Shown here: piece after piece, positions 1-9,901 of the stretch
How positions within the stretch are numbered: the first letter of the stretch is position 1
How the letters are laid out: each line of letters opens with the position of its first letter
Source: Gammaproteobacteria bacterium
GTDB lineage: Bacteria > Pseudomonadota > Gammaproteobacteria > SZUA-229
Reading direction: 5' to 3'
Assembly: GCA_026195255.1 (NCBI GenBank)
Contig: JAPHSS010000020.1
Span: forward strand, 50,887 to 114,886
DNA length: 64,000 nucleotides
The notes under the pieces: generated by a model
Databases searched by the model: none
Seen by the model: the letters and a program-made list of their open reading frames with translations, nothing else
What the model was told of the DNA's origin: nothing
Program-made: the position numbers and the translations under genes

Positions 1-931
1 GACCACGTTCTTCACGAACTTTTTGCATTAACCTTGAGCCAAAACCACTGCCTCCAAACGCATGATTACCCAGATATAACGCATAATAATCCGCATCACC
101 CCTGGCCAGCCCTACCTGCCCCATAAGTACACTACTTTGCCTGGATGGAAAATCAATATGTATAGTTTTAGATTCTGTTAATGCTTTAACCGCAGGTAAT
201 TTTTTTGCCTGCTGACCTGAGGGCAAATCAGCAACCAGATCTGAGGCAATTTTCTCTGCTTCTTCTTTTGTTAATTGCCCAACAATACTAATCACTGCAT
301 TTTTTGCTACATAATACTTTTTATAAAAATCTTTAAGGTGTTCCAGTTTTAACTTTTTCAGACTCTCTTCAGTACCTTCACTTGGTAACGCATAAGGATG
401 ATCACCATAAAGCTCCGCATAAAACCGCAGCGCTCCAATTGTAGATGGTGACTGCTTACCTGCTTTTACAGCAATTTTTAAGCGCTCTAATTCACGACTG
501 AAGGACGCCTTTGAGAATTCAGGTAAGGTTAAAATATTTTTCAAATTAATTAATGCGGGCTGCAGATATCTATCGTTTCGTAAGCTACGCACACTTAACC
601 ACGCCATATCCTTTAAAGAGCCATTGCCAAATGAAGCACCAACCGCTTCAAACTTTTCGGCCAGCACCTGTGCATCATCTCCTGCTGCTCCTTCAGATAA
701 CAGACCATTAGTCATTACGGCTGTACCCGACAAACCTTTACCCATTTCCGCATCACGTGCACTACCCGCATCAAAAACAATGCGCACATCAACCATTGGG
801 ATATCATTAGATGCGACAAAATAAACATCAGCACCATTTTTAGTTTGCCAGTGCTGAATATCCGGAGACGCAACTACCTTCCCCATTACCAGTAAACAAC
901 CTGCAATAATTATACTTTTATTAATGACCAT
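1..931 (-). CDS. M16-family zinc peptidase, second (non-catalytic-type) subunit. The 3' end is truncated by the window edge; the N-terminus is at 931.
   Basis: My own reverse-complement translation from the ATG at 931 is open to position 1. It reads MVINKSIIIAGCLLVMGKVVA (signal peptide) ... SRLMQKVREERG, an M16 C-terminal-type signature, and sits directly downstream of the HxxEH peptidase. The ORF track does not list it because it runs off the window. Confidence 0.7.
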   Translation of the reverse strand, partial: MVINKSIIIAGCLLVMGKVVASPDIQHWQTKNGADVYFVASNDIPMVDVRIVFDAGSARDAEMGKGLSGTAVMTNGLLSEGAAGDDAQVLAEKFEAVGASFGNGSLKDMAWLSVRSLRNDRYLQPALINLKNILTLPEFSKASFSRELERLKIAVKAGKQSPSTIGALRFYAELYGDHPYALPSEGTEESLKKLKLEHLKDFYKKYYVAKNAVISIVGQLTKEEAEKIASDLVADLPSGQQAKKLPAVKALTESKTIHIDFPSRQSSVLMGQVGLARGDADYYALYLGNHAFGGSGFGSRLMQKVREERG

Positions 932-2408
932 GACGACCTCCTGTAAGACGACTGCCTTTGCTTTGTTTATCAGTCTTTGTTGATTGCGGATCCAACACAG
1001 CAACGGTCAGACTATCGTCATTTAAATATTTTTTTGCTACCTGTGTAACTTGTTCAGCAGTGACTTGCTGAATTTTTTCCAGGTATTCATCTTTTTTCTG
1101 CCAGCCCACACCAACTGTTTCTAATGTCCCTAACTGCATAGCCTGATAAAAAACAGAATCTTTTTCATATACAGATGATGCCATCACCTGTGCTTTTACG
1201 CGATCAAGCTCCTGCCGTGATGGCAACTCTTTCTGTATAGTTGTAATTTGTTTTTTAATAGCCGACTCCAGCTCTTTAATTGTATGCCCTTCACGTGGAG
1301 AACCCTCAAACAAAAACAGCGTTTGCTGCCTTGCGTAAGGGTCATAACCTGCGCCAGCTGATGTAGCAATTTCACTCTCACGCACCAGACGCCGGCTTAA
1401 ACGGCTACTATCACCACCGTCAAGCACCCCGGCAAGAACTTCTAATGCATATATATCTTTTTCATCCTGCGCTGTATTCATTACAGGCACTTTATACCCC
1501 ATCAATAAATAGGGCACTTTTGCCGGCACCTTAACGGTGATTCGTCGCTCACCCTTTTGCTCAACTTCACGACGTGGTTTAGGTGGCACAATCTGTGAAG
1601 GCTTTAAAACGCCAAAATATTTTTCTGCCCAGACTCTAATTTCCTCAGGGTCAACATCACCCGCCACCACCAGCGTCGCATTATTCGGTGCATACCAGGT
1701 TTTATACCACTGACTTAAATCTTCAAGGCGCATACTATCCAGGTCTTCCATCCAGCCAATAATGGGCTGCTGGTAACTTGAATTAATAAATGCCGCTGCA
1801 TTAAAACGCTCATAGGTTAATGAAGTAGGTTTATCATCGGTGCGGGAGCGCCTTTCCTCTTTAATCACTTCAATCTCTTTTTTAAACTCATCATCATTTA
1901 ATTGTAAGTGTCGCATGCGGTCTGCTTCGTGCTGCAGGCATAACTCTAAACGGTCACTCGATATGCGCTGAAAATAAGCTGTGTAATCTTTACCGGTAAA
2001 AGCATTTTCACTACCACCATTAGCAGCAATAATTTCTGAAAACTCACCCGCTTTTAAATTTTTCGTACCCTTAAACATCATATGTTCAAGCGCATGCGAA
2101 ACACCGGTTATACCATTGTATTCATAAGAGCCGCCCACTTTGTACCACACCTGGGAGACCGCCACCGGTGAACGGTGATCAGGTTTGACTAACACTTTCA
2201 TACCATTATCTAACATGAAACTGACAACACCCGAGTCACTTAAATTACTAACTTGTTTGGTGTTATCAGGCTGCCCTGAATCTTTTTCAGTTACATGCTG
2301 CGGGTTTGTCTGACAGGCCGATAATCCAAACAAGACGCCAGACAGCACATAAATCACTCTATATTTCTTTAATATCATCCAATTTATCCGATTAATTATG
2401 ATTTTCAC
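921..2408 (-). CDS. M16 (pitrilysin/insulinase) family zinc protease, probably a lipoprotein
   Basis: It carries the HALEHMMFKGT inverted zinc-binding motif (HxxEH) with the EN...E region downstream. A lipobox-like LSAC follows the internal Met (MILKKYRVIYVLSGVLFGLSAC), so the true start may be near 2378. Confidence 0.85.
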   Translation of the reverse strand: MKIIINRINWMILKKYRVIYVLSGVLFGLSACQTNPQHVTEKDSGQPDNTKQVSNLSDSGVVSFMLDNGMKVLVKPDHRSPVAVSQVWYKVGGSYEYNGITGVSHALEHMMFKGTKNLKAGEFSEIIAANGGSENAFTGKDYTAYFQRISSDRLELCLQHEADRMRHLQLNDDEFKKEIEVIKEERRSRTDDKPTSLTYERFNAAAFINSSYQQPIIGWMEDLDSMRLEDLSQWYKTWYAPNNATLVVAGDVDPEEIRVWAEKYFGVLKPSQIVPPKPRREVEQKGERRITVKVPAKVPYLLMGYKVPVMNTAQDEKDIYALEVLAGVLDGGDSSRLSRRLVRESEIATSAGAGYDPYARQQTLFLFEGSPREGHTIKELESAIKKQITTIQKELPSRQELDRVKAQVMASSVYEKDSVFYQAMQLGTLETVGVGWQKKDEYLEKIQQVTAEQVTQVAKKYLNDDSLTVAVLDPQSTKTDKQSKGSRLTGGRHGH

Positions 2409-2493
2409 CTCTTAGAATGACTATGAAGCTTAACCTTAGTTCCACGCGATGATAGGATAAGCCCCTCCTGATATACAAGTTATTTAATAAATT

Positions 2494-3792
2494 ATGTTTG
2501 GTTTTTTACGCCGCACTAAAGAAACAACTGAAAACACTTCCGAGTCTGACAATGAGTCTTCAAACGAACTCATTGATAAACTCAGCGAACCTGTAAGCCA
2601 GCCTTCACAGGCAACTATAAAGTCCGGCGCATCATTTACACCGGGCGGACGGGCCGCTTCGGCCACGCCCCCGGCTGAAACAGCTCAGGCAGATACACAA
2701 GTTACAGATGCTATCGATGAGAACAAAGATGCCCCCTCATCAATAACTAACGCACCTTCAGCTGAGCCGACAATAGATACACCGCAAGCTGCAGAACCAA
2801 CAGCAGTTAAATCCGGGGCTTCCTTCAGCCCGCCGACAGCTGAAGAATGGGCAAAAGCAAAAGAAGAAAGCTCATTCACTTATCTAAAAGACAGTCTTGG
2901 AAAAACCCGTGCTGGTTTAACTGATGGTATGGCTGACCTGTTGCTGGGCAAAAAAACCATTGATGATGAATTACTCGAAGAACTGGAAACACGTTTGCTT
3001 TCCGCCGATGTCGGCATCGAGGCGACCTCACGCATCATCACCGACCTCACAAAACGTGTTTCACGTAATGAACTTAATGATCCAACTGCACTGTTTAATG
3101 CGCTTTGCGATGACATGGTTGAAATTTTACAACCCGTAAGCAAACCACTGCTAATCGAAAATAAAAAATCACCTTTCGTAATTTTAGTTATCGGCATAAA
3201 TGGTGCCGGAAAGACCACCACCATCGGCAAACTGGCTAAACGTTTTCAAAATCAGGGCAAATCCGTAATGCTTGCAGCGGGTGACACCTTCCGCGCAGCC
3301 GCGGTAGAGCAATTACAAACCTGGGGTGAGCGTAATGAAATTGCGGTTGTAGCCCAGGGCACGGGTGCAGATTCAGCTTCCGTTATTTATGATGCAATTG
3401 AATCGGCAAAATCAAAAAATATAGATGTGGTCATTGCTGACACGGCTGGACGTTTACATACTCAAAACAACTTAATGGATGAGTTAATAAAAATTAAAAG
3501 GGTAATGGGTAAACTTGACGACACAGCCCCCCATGAAACCTTACTGGTTATGGATGCGGGTTTTGGACAGAACGGTTTAATTCAGGCCCAACAATTTAAT
3601 GAAGCAATGAATGTAAGCGGATTAGTACTCACCAAACTCGATGGCACAGCTAAAGGTGGGATTTTATTTGCCATTGCCGAGAAACTGTCCATACCTATCC
3701 GTTTTATTGGTGTCGGCGAAGGCATTGAAGACTTACGTGAATTTCATGCAACTGAATTTGTTGACGCATTATTAGATAAAATACCTGATTAA
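2494..3792 (+). CDS. ftsY: Signal recognition particle receptor FtsY
   Basis: Acidic low-complexity N-domain followed by an SRP54-type GTPase with GINGAGKTTTIGKLA, DTAGR and TKLDGTAKGG motifs. It precedes ftsE-ftsX. Confidence 0.9.
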   Translation: MFGFLRRTKETTENTSESDNESSNELIDKLSEPVSQPSQATIKSGASFTPGGRAASATPPAETAQADTQVTDAIDENKDAPSSITNAPSAEPTIDTPQAAEPTAVKSGASFSPPTAEEWAKAKEESSFTYLKDSLGKTRAGLTDGMADLLLGKKTIDDELLEELETRLLSADVGIEATSRIITDLTKRVSRNELNDPTALFNALCDDMVEILQPVSKPLLIENKKSPFVILVIGINGAGKTTTIGKLAKRFQNQGKSVMLAAGDTFRAAAVEQLQTWGERNEIAVVAQGTGADSASVIYDAIESAKSKNIDVVIADTAGRLHTQNNLMDELIKIKRVMGKLDDTAPHETLLVMDAGFGQNGLIQAQQFNEAMNVSGLVLTKLDGTAKGGILFAIAEKLSIPIRFIGVGEGIEDLREFHATEFVDALLDKIPD

Positions 3793-3881
3793 TAACTGGT
3801 ATATAAAACATTCCTTAACAAATACGATTAATAATGAATAACATTCGTAACTAACTGTATATACTTACGATGTAATTTAAA

Positions 3882-4385
3882 ATGCGCAAGGAAACAAAAT
3901 TGAAAGCACTATTGATTATCGCTACATCTCTAATCGTTAGCTCATGCCAGACATTACATACTAATGACCCCACTTCAATTGCTTTTGATATACCTGATGG
4001 TTCCACTTTAAGCTTAAATAAAAACCTCTTCATAGGTGAGGGCAATACTCATACTATTATTCAGTGGGGCAAAATCACCACCGATAAGGAGAAGGACCTT
4101 TACAACATTAGTTGCAGCCTTAAAATGAAAGCCTTTGGTCCGCGCACAGTTCAACCAGACACATTTAAAATTCGCCGCACAGAAGACGGCCAGGAACAGG
4201 CTTCAGGCCCGAACATTATTAATTATTTTACTGAAATTTATTTACACTCAGACCATAACTCAGACATTATAAAACTGGTTTGCTCCGCCTGGGCAGACAA
4301 ACTTGACGGCAATTTTCCTGTTTCAGCGATGCAAAAAACATTAGGTGATTACTTTACCTTTAACTTTGCAGAGCCAAGGCAATAA
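3882..4385 (+). CDS. Hypothetical lipoprotein (167 aa) inserted between ftsY and ftsE
   Basis: Signal peptide with lipobox (LIVSSC). I recognise no similarity to any family. AT-rich flanks. Confidence 0.5.
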   Translation: MRKETKLKALLIIATSLIVSSCQTLHTNDPTSIAFDIPDGSTLSLNKNLFIGEGNTHTIIQWGKITTDKEKDLYNISCSLKMKAFGPRTVQPDTFKIRRTEDGQEQASGPNIINYFTEIYLHSDHNSDIIKLVCSAWADKLDGNFPVSAMQKTLGDYFTFNFAEPRQ

Positions 4386-4455
4386 CAAGCACATTTGCCG
4401 ACTGATTTTGAGCTACTTCTTTTCACCATCAATAACTTAGTGCAAAATAGCTCGC

Positions 4456-5136
4456 ATGATTCGTTTTGATAATGTCAGCAAGCGCTACCCCGGTGGTCAT
4501 GAAGCTTTAAGCAATGTGAGTTTTCACCTGCCGCGTGGAGAAATGGCCTATTTAACCGGGCATTCCGGTGCTGGTAAAAGCACCTTACTCAAACTTATTG
4601 CTTTAATTGAACGCCCGAGTCGTGGAAACCTGGTATTAGATGGGGTCAATTTAAGTAGCGTCAGCAACCGAAAAATCCCTTATATTCGGCGAAATATCGG
4701 TATTATTTTTCAAAACCATCACCTTTTATATGATCGTACCGTTTTTGATAATGTTGCCCTGCCACTTATTATCGCGGGTTACCAGCATAAAGAAATTGGC
4801 AAACGTGTTCGCGCCTCGCTCGATCAGGTTGGCTTACTAAATAAAGAAAAATCTGCACCCATCACATTATCTGGCGGTGAACAACAAAGGGTAGGTATTG
4901 CTCGAGCTATTGTTCACAAACCCGGCTTACTTCTAGCTGATGAGCCTACAGGCAACCTTGATCCTGAGTTATCAAAAGAAATAATGCAGCTTTTTGCACG
5001 TTTTAATGATGTCGGGGTTACCGTGCTTATCGCAAGTCACGATCTAAAACTTATTAAGGAAATGGGCAGCCCGGTAGTGAGCCTGAATAAAGGCCTGCTT
5101 TCTCACAATGACCTGGATCTAACAAACCATGGCTAA
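4456..5136 (+). CDS. ftsE: Cell division ABC transporter ATP-binding protein FtsE
   Basis: Walker A GHSGAGKST, ABC signature LSGGEQQR, Walker B LLLADEPTGNLD. It overlaps the start of ftsX. Confidence 0.9.
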   Translation: MIRFDNVSKRYPGGHEALSNVSFHLPRGEMAYLTGHSGAGKSTLLKLIALIERPSRGNLVLDGVNLSSVSNRKIPYIRRNIGIIFQNHHLLYDRTVFDNVALPLIIAGYQHKEIGKRVRASLDQVGLLNKEKSAPITLSGGEQQRVGIARAIVHKPGLLLADEPTGNLDPELSKEIMQLFARFNDVGVTVLIASHDLKLIKEMGSPVVSLNKGLLSHNDLDLTNHG

Positions 5137-6085
5137 AGCAGATAGCAATCAGTTAGCCAAAAGCAGTCCGTTTAAAGCCTGGGGCATTAATCATCTGCGC
5201 ACCCTCATTGCTAGCCTTGGCGTAATGACTCGCCAACCCGCCTCCTCGTTTATGACCATTGCTGTTATTGCAATCGCCCTGGCTTTACCCGCAGGCATGT
5301 TTGTATTATTAAATAATGCCAGTAACGTTAGTGTTGGCTGGGATAATAGCGCCCAGATATCGGTTTTTCTTAAACATGATGTAACAGAAAACCAGGCAAA
5401 TAAATTAATGGACAAATTACGCCTGTATGAAGATGTTAATAAAATATCCATGATTAACAAGCAACAGGCACTAAAAGAGTTTAAAAAAATATCCGGTTTT
5501 GGTAATGCCATTGAATCACTTGGCGACAACCCCTTGCCTCACGTACTGACTATTCAACCTGTTGTGGATGCAAAACGACCCGATAAAATTCGCCATCTTT
5601 TAAAGCAGCTAAATAAACAGAAACAGGTGGAGCTGGCGCAATTAGATTTACAATGGGTGAAACGTTTATTCGCCATGTTAGAAATCGCTCAACGTGCAAT
5701 CTGGGTGATCGCAAGCTTGCTAGGCATTGCTGTACTACTGGTTGTAGGCAACACAATTCGACTCGATATTCAAAATCGCCGCGAAGAAATTGAGGTAACA
5801 AAACTAATTGGCGGCACAGATGCCTTTATTCGACGCCCCTTTCTCTATACTGGATTATGGTACGGCATAGGCGGTGGTTTATTCGCCTGGCTCCTCACCT
5901 CATTATCAATCGGACTGCTAGATAACTCAGTAGAACACCTGGCCAGTTTATATAACAGCGGCTTCCAGCTTAAAGGTTTAAGTTTTACCGAAGGCCTGAA
6001 TCTGATTGCTTTTAGCTGTTTTCTTGGTCTGTTCGGATCATGGATTGCGGTCGGTCGGCACCTAAGTGAAATAGAGCCAAGCTAA
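5129..6085 (+). CDS. ftsX: Cell division permease-like protein FtsX
   Basis: One TM helix, a large periplasmic loop, then three C-terminal TM helices. Translationally coupled to ftsE. Confidence 0.85.
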   Translation: MAKADSNQLAKSSPFKAWGINHLRTLIASLGVMTRQPASSFMTIAVIAIALALPAGMFVLLNNASNVSVGWDNSAQISVFLKHDVTENQANKLMDKLRLYEDVNKISMINKQQALKEFKKISGFGNAIESLGDNPLPHVLTIQPVVDAKRPDKIRHLLKQLNKQKQVELAQLDLQWVKRLFAMLEIAQRAIWVIASLLGIAVLLVVGNTIRLDIQNRREEIEVTKLIGGTDAFIRRPFLYTGLWYGIGGGLFAWLLTSLSIGLLDNSVEHLASLYNSGFQLKGLSFTEGLNLIAFSCFLGLFGSWIAVGRHLSEIEPS

Positions 6086-6382
6086 ACCCGCACAGGTAAA
6101 TGTTACGGGCTTGCGGGGCTTATTACCCGCCCCAGAATTTAATAAACCTCAATTATTTATAAAACTTTCTTCTCCCTGAAAACCACGCTTACCCCGTTCA
6201 TGTCATAACAAAATTTATTACAACTGCTATATTTAGGACAAGCAGACTTAAACTATCGACTAGATGCCTTACCTGAATAACTAAGTTATGGCACTTTTAG
6301 ACTATCCATTTAAGTATAAAAATTAAAAACATACATACTTCAAGCTCTCAGGCATACAGGGCAGGTAGAGAGTCATAAAATT

Positions 6383-7243
6383 ATGTCATCAGCAGCACAG
6401 CGGGTTCTACTTATCGACCATTCAGGCACCAGTCTGGCTATTATTAGCAAACTGATTGCCAAAAACATTCCCAATGTTATTGTGGATGCAGCCATGAATG
6501 TGGATGAAGCATTTCGCCTGCTAGTTGAACACAAATACGCCTTAATCACCTCTTCCAGAAACCTGCCTGATATCGACTGTCATGAGATGATAAACAAAAT
6601 TCGTACTGACCTGGGTGTAAGAAATACCCCTCTGATTGTTATATCCGGTGAGAAAATGGGTATATATGAAGAAAAAATGGCCTGTAACCTGGTAAATGGT
6701 TACTTTGACAAGAAACTCGGGCAACAAAAGCTGGTCGACTATATTAATTCATTTTTGAATACTGAACCGCCCAGCGCCATGATTACCGGTAATATTTTAT
6801 ATGTTGAAGATAGCGCCACAGTAGCCCTTGCCACAAAAAACCTGCTTAGCAAACATGACTATAACTATCTGCATGCCATAAATGCTGAACAGGCTCTTCA
6901 ACATATTCAACATTCGTTCAGTAAAGACAATATTCAACCCTTTGATCTACTCCTGACAGACATACAACTTGAAGGGCATATGAGCGGAAGAGATCTTATT
7001 CGCGAAATTCGCCATGGTCTCGGACTGGGTTATGAGCAGCTTCCTATACTCGTAACCACTTCGAGTAATTTCGATGCGGACCCTGACGGATTGAACCGAA
7101 TCTTCTCATCCGGGTCTAACGATATTCTTGAGAAACCTGTTGGAGAAGCCATGTTAATCGCCAGGCTTAACAACTTGTTAATGCTGCGAAAACAGTATCT
7201 GGAGATCCATCATCCTGATAATTCTCTGACTATGATCCAGTAA
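6383..7243 (+). CDS. Orphan tandem receiver-domain protein (an N-terminal pseudo-receiver plus a canonical REC domain, with no output domain)
   Basis: Second domain: YVEDS ... LLLTD ... LVTTS ... EKP, i.e. the acid pocket, the phospho-acceptor Asp, the conserved Thr and the conserved Lys. First domain: LIDHS and ALITSS, with the acceptor Asp replaced. Confidence 0.7.
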   Translation: MSSAAQRVLLIDHSGTSLAIISKLIAKNIPNVIVDAAMNVDEAFRLLVEHKYALITSSRNLPDIDCHEMINKIRTDLGVRNTPLIVISGEKMGIYEEKMACNLVNGYFDKKLGQQKLVDYINSFLNTEPPSAMITGNILYVEDSATVALATKNLLSKHDYNYLHAINAEQALQHIQHSFSKDNIQPFDLLLTDIQLEGHMSGRDLIREIRHGLGLGYEQLPILVTTSSNFDADPDGLNRIFSSGSNDILEKPVGEAMLIARLNNLLMLRKQYLEIHHPDNSLTMIQ

Positions 7244-7309
7244 ACCCTTCCCTGGCAACCTCTCAGGCCAGCTTCTCCTTTATAATAAACATCATTCCAT
7301 ACATTAGCT

Positions 7310-7338
7310 GGAACTTATACAGGTATTAGCACTCTAAA
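7310..7338 (+). promoter_or_regulatory. Putative sigma-E (RpoE/AlgU)-type promoter of rpoH: GGAACTT, a 16-nt spacer, then TCTAAA
   Basis: GGAACTT at 7310-7316, a 16-nt spacer, and TCTAAA at 7333-7338, about 40 nt upstream of the rpoH ATG. It resembles E. coli rpoH P3. Confidence 0.4.
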
Positions 7339-7378
7339 CAAAAGAGTGCTAATATAAACACAGAAATTTGGAGTTAAT

Positions 7379-8239
7379 ATGTCAAACGAACTGGTACTTG
7401 CAAATAACCACCTGCCTATTTCGAGCGGCAGTCTGGATCAATATATTCAAAATGCACAAGCTTTTCCTATGCTTACAGCAGAGGAAGAACGTGAGTATGG
7501 CTATCGCCTGTCTAAACATGGCGATCTTGAAGCCGCACAAAAAATGATTATGTCTCATCTTCGATTTGTTATTCGCATCGCCCGTGGTTATCAGGGTTAT
7601 GGTCTACCAATGGCTGACCTGGTCCAGGAAGGTAATGTTGGCCTGATGAAGGCAGTTAAGCGTTTTAGCCCTGATCATAATGTACGACTGGTTTCTTTTG
7701 CAGTTCACTGGATTCGTGCAGAAATTCATGAATATGTACTGAAAAACTGGAGAATCGTTAAAGTAGCCACTACCAAAGCACAACGTAAACTATTTTTTAA
7801 CTTGCGTAGCTCTAAAAAGCGTCTTGGCTGGTTTACACCTGAAGAAGTTGAAGGTGTTGCAAAAGATCTTGGCGTTAAACCAGAAACCGTACTGGAAATG
7901 GAGTCACGTCTAAGTAACTATGATATGGCTTTTGATGCCACTTCAGATGATGACGATGACGCAATGCTTGCTCCATCTACCTATCTTGCAAGCCCGGTTC
8001 ATGATCCAGCCCAACAGTTAGAATCAAATGACTGGCAGGATCAACGAAGTGATGCACTAACTGAATCACTACAGACGTTAGATGAAAGAAGTCGTGATAT
8101 TTTAATGTCTCGCTGGATGAATGATGGCAAAAAAGCAACCCTTCATGAACTGGCTGCAAAATACAATGTTTCTGCTGAACGTATTCGTCAGTTAGAAAAA
8201 AACGCAATGAAAAAACTGCGGAATTGTCTTGAAGCTTAA
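7379..8239 (+). CDS. rpoH: RNA polymerase sigma-32 heat-shock factor RpoH
   Basis: Sigma-70 regions 2 and 4, with the RpoH-box-like QRKLFFNLR and the ftsYEX-rpoH synteny. Confidence 0.9.
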   Translation: MSNELVLANNHLPISSGSLDQYIQNAQAFPMLTAEEEREYGYRLSKHGDLEAAQKMIMSHLRFVIRIARGYQGYGLPMADLVQEGNVGLMKAVKRFSPDHNVRLVSFAVHWIRAEIHEYVLKNWRIVKVATTKAQRKLFFNLRSSKKRLGWFTPEEVEGVAKDLGVKPETVLEMESRLSNYDMAFDATSDDDDDAMLAPSTYLASPVHDPAQQLESNDWQDQRSDALTESLQTLDERSRDILMSRWMNDGKKATLHELAAKYNVSAERIRQLEKNAMKKLRNCLEA

Positions 8240-8265
8240 AACAAGGCAGGTAAGGTATTAACTTA

Positions 8266-8297
8266 AAAAAAAGGCGCTGTATAAGCGCCTTTTTTTA
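8266..8297 (+). terminator. Rho-independent terminator of rpoH
   Basis: GGCGCTGTATAAGCGCC hairpin followed by a T8 run. Confidence 0.7.
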
Positions 8298-8323
8298 TAT
8301 AAAATAATTATCAGATTAGCTTT

Positions 8324-8896
8324 ATGGAAAAAAACATTTACCAGACACCGCAAGCGGACCTATCAACTGAAAGTAAAACCGCTGCCACTTATTACGTTGT
8401 TTCTATAAGAAAATTCATAACTTTATTTATATCAACACTGGGCATTTATGGCATCTACTGGTTTTATAAAAACTGGTCTTTGCACAAAGCCACAACCAAC
8501 TCAAACGCCTGGCCTGTTATGCGAGGAATATTTTCAATATTTTTCACTCATTCTCTTTTTAGAAATATTAACGAGACTCTGCAGCAAAAAAACATTCTAT
8601 ACAAATGGAATCACAGTCTTATCGCTACCACTTATGTAGTTAGTGCTATCTTTTCAAACGTTAGCGACCAGTTATCTGTCAAAGACATTGGCACGCCCAT
8701 AACAGATTTTGCCGGTTTCATATTTCTGGGACTAATGGCACGGGCTTTATACAAAGCTCAATACGCAATTAATGCCGCCTGTGATGACCCACAAGGTCTA
8801 ACAAATAATTACTTTAGCCCCGCCAATATTGCATGGATTATTTTAGGCATTGCCATATGGGGTTTAATTTTTGCTGGTATGGTCTCATATCTTTAA
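8324..8896 (+). CDS. Hypothetical membrane protein, possibly of the DUF4234 type (GIYGIYWF motif)
   Basis: Several TM segments and a GIY..YWF motif. The family assignment is tentative. Confidence 0.45.
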   Translation: MEKNIYQTPQADLSTESKTAATYYVVSIRKFITLFISTLGIYGIYWFYKNWSLHKATTNSNAWPVMRGIFSIFFTHSLFRNINETLQQKNILYKWNHSLIATTYVVSAIFSNVSDQLSVKDIGTPITDFAGFIFLGLMARALYKAQYAINAACDDPQGLTNNYFSPANIAWIILGIAIWGLIFAGMVSYL

Positions 8897-9000
8897 ATTA
8901 AGCCTGTGGATTCGCTCAAGCAATATTTTTTTGCCCGATAATGTACAAACTTTACAAGTTTTATTAATTACTTAGTAAACTAAAAAATATACCCTCTTTT

Positions 9001-9897
9001 TCAGTTTGATTGTTTTTTTATCTGTTCAATGGCAATGGCAAACTCTCCACTAACACGCCCTTGCTGAGGTTTTTTAGCGTCTCTTTGTTTTGTTTTCCAC
9101 GCATGCCCATAAACCACTTCATAACTTGCCGGTATAACCCCGTTTTTTCTATATTTTTCATAATGGTTTATTACTCTTTTCAACTTACCTGGCGTAACCA
9201 GACCTTTTTCAACAACTTTATTCTGGTTTTTTAAAATAGTATTGGCACCAATAGATTTCAGGTCGAGCATAACCGCTTTCACGTCCTGGTAAGTTAAGGT
9301 AAGCAAATCCATATCCATGACTGGCTCAGCCAGACCGGCCTGAATTAGCTCGTCACCTAAATCATGCATATCAGTGAAATCATTGACATGCGTATTTGAG
9401 TCAACCTGTTGCCAGCTTTTTTTCAACTCTTTTAACGTATCAGGACCAAACGTTGAAAACATTAACAGCCCATCAGGTTTTAAGAGTCGTTTAAATTCTG
9501 CAAATACTTTTTTATAATCGCACCATTGCAACATAAGGCTCGAAAAAATTAAATCAACAGATTCATCTTGCAGGGGTATATCTTCCGCATCAGCACAAAT
9601 TAAGGCTGGCTTTCTCAGCCAGCCTCCCTTGCTTTTAGTTTGCTTTAACATCTCGGGAGACAAGTCTAATGAAAGCACTTTTGCTTTTTTATATTTTTTT
9701 AATAAGTCCTGTGTTCCCCAACCGGTACCACAGCCTACATCCAGAATCACTGATGGTTTTATGTTAGTTAAATCCAGGCGCTGTAATAACTCTTTACATA
9801 CATTACGCTGCAATACGGCCGAAGACTCATAACAAATTGCTTTTGCATCAAAATGTTTCTGAATACGATGTTTCTCTGTTTGACTCATAAGTACCAA
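9001..9897 (-). CDS. bioC: Malonyl-ACP O-methyltransferase BioC, with a roughly 40-aa C-terminal extension
   Basis: SAM-binding motif ILDVGCGTGW, then LQWC and YEVVYGHAWK resembling the E. coli BioC C-region. It sits immediately downstream of bioH. Confidence 0.8.
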   Translation of the reverse strand: MVLMSQTEKHRIQKHFDAKAICYESSAVLQRNVCKELLQRLDLTNIKPSVILDVGCGTGWGTQDLLKKYKKAKVLSLDLSPEMLKQTKSKGGWLRKPALICADAEDIPLQDESVDLIFSSLMLQWCDYKKVFAEFKRLLKPDGLLMFSTFGPDTLKELKKSWQQVDSNTHVNDFTDMHDLGDELIQAGLAEPVMDMDLLTLTYQDVKAVMLDLKSIGANTILKNQNKVVEKGLVTPGKLKRVINHYEKYRKNGVIPASYEVVYGHAWKTKQRDAKKPQQGRVSGEFAIAIEQIKKQSN

Positions 9898-9901
9898 TAG
9901 T

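Noticed and set aside
1196-1381. 61-aa ORF nested inside the M16 peptidase gene, in another frame of the same strand
   Set aside because: It overlaps the supported HxxEH peptidase frame and has no independent signals.
2880-3230. Minus-strand 116-aa Ser-rich ORF and the plus-strand 2924-3139 ORF inside ftsY
   Set aside because: These are shadow ORFs of the ftsY coding region. The FtsY SRP-GTPase frame is unambiguous.
6086-6382. Whether this long intergenic region contains a tRNA or sRNA gene
   Set aside because: It has no T-loop (GTTCGANTC) or cloverleaf features. It holds only a weak hairpin after ftsX and AT-rich promoter-like sequence upstream of the REC gene.
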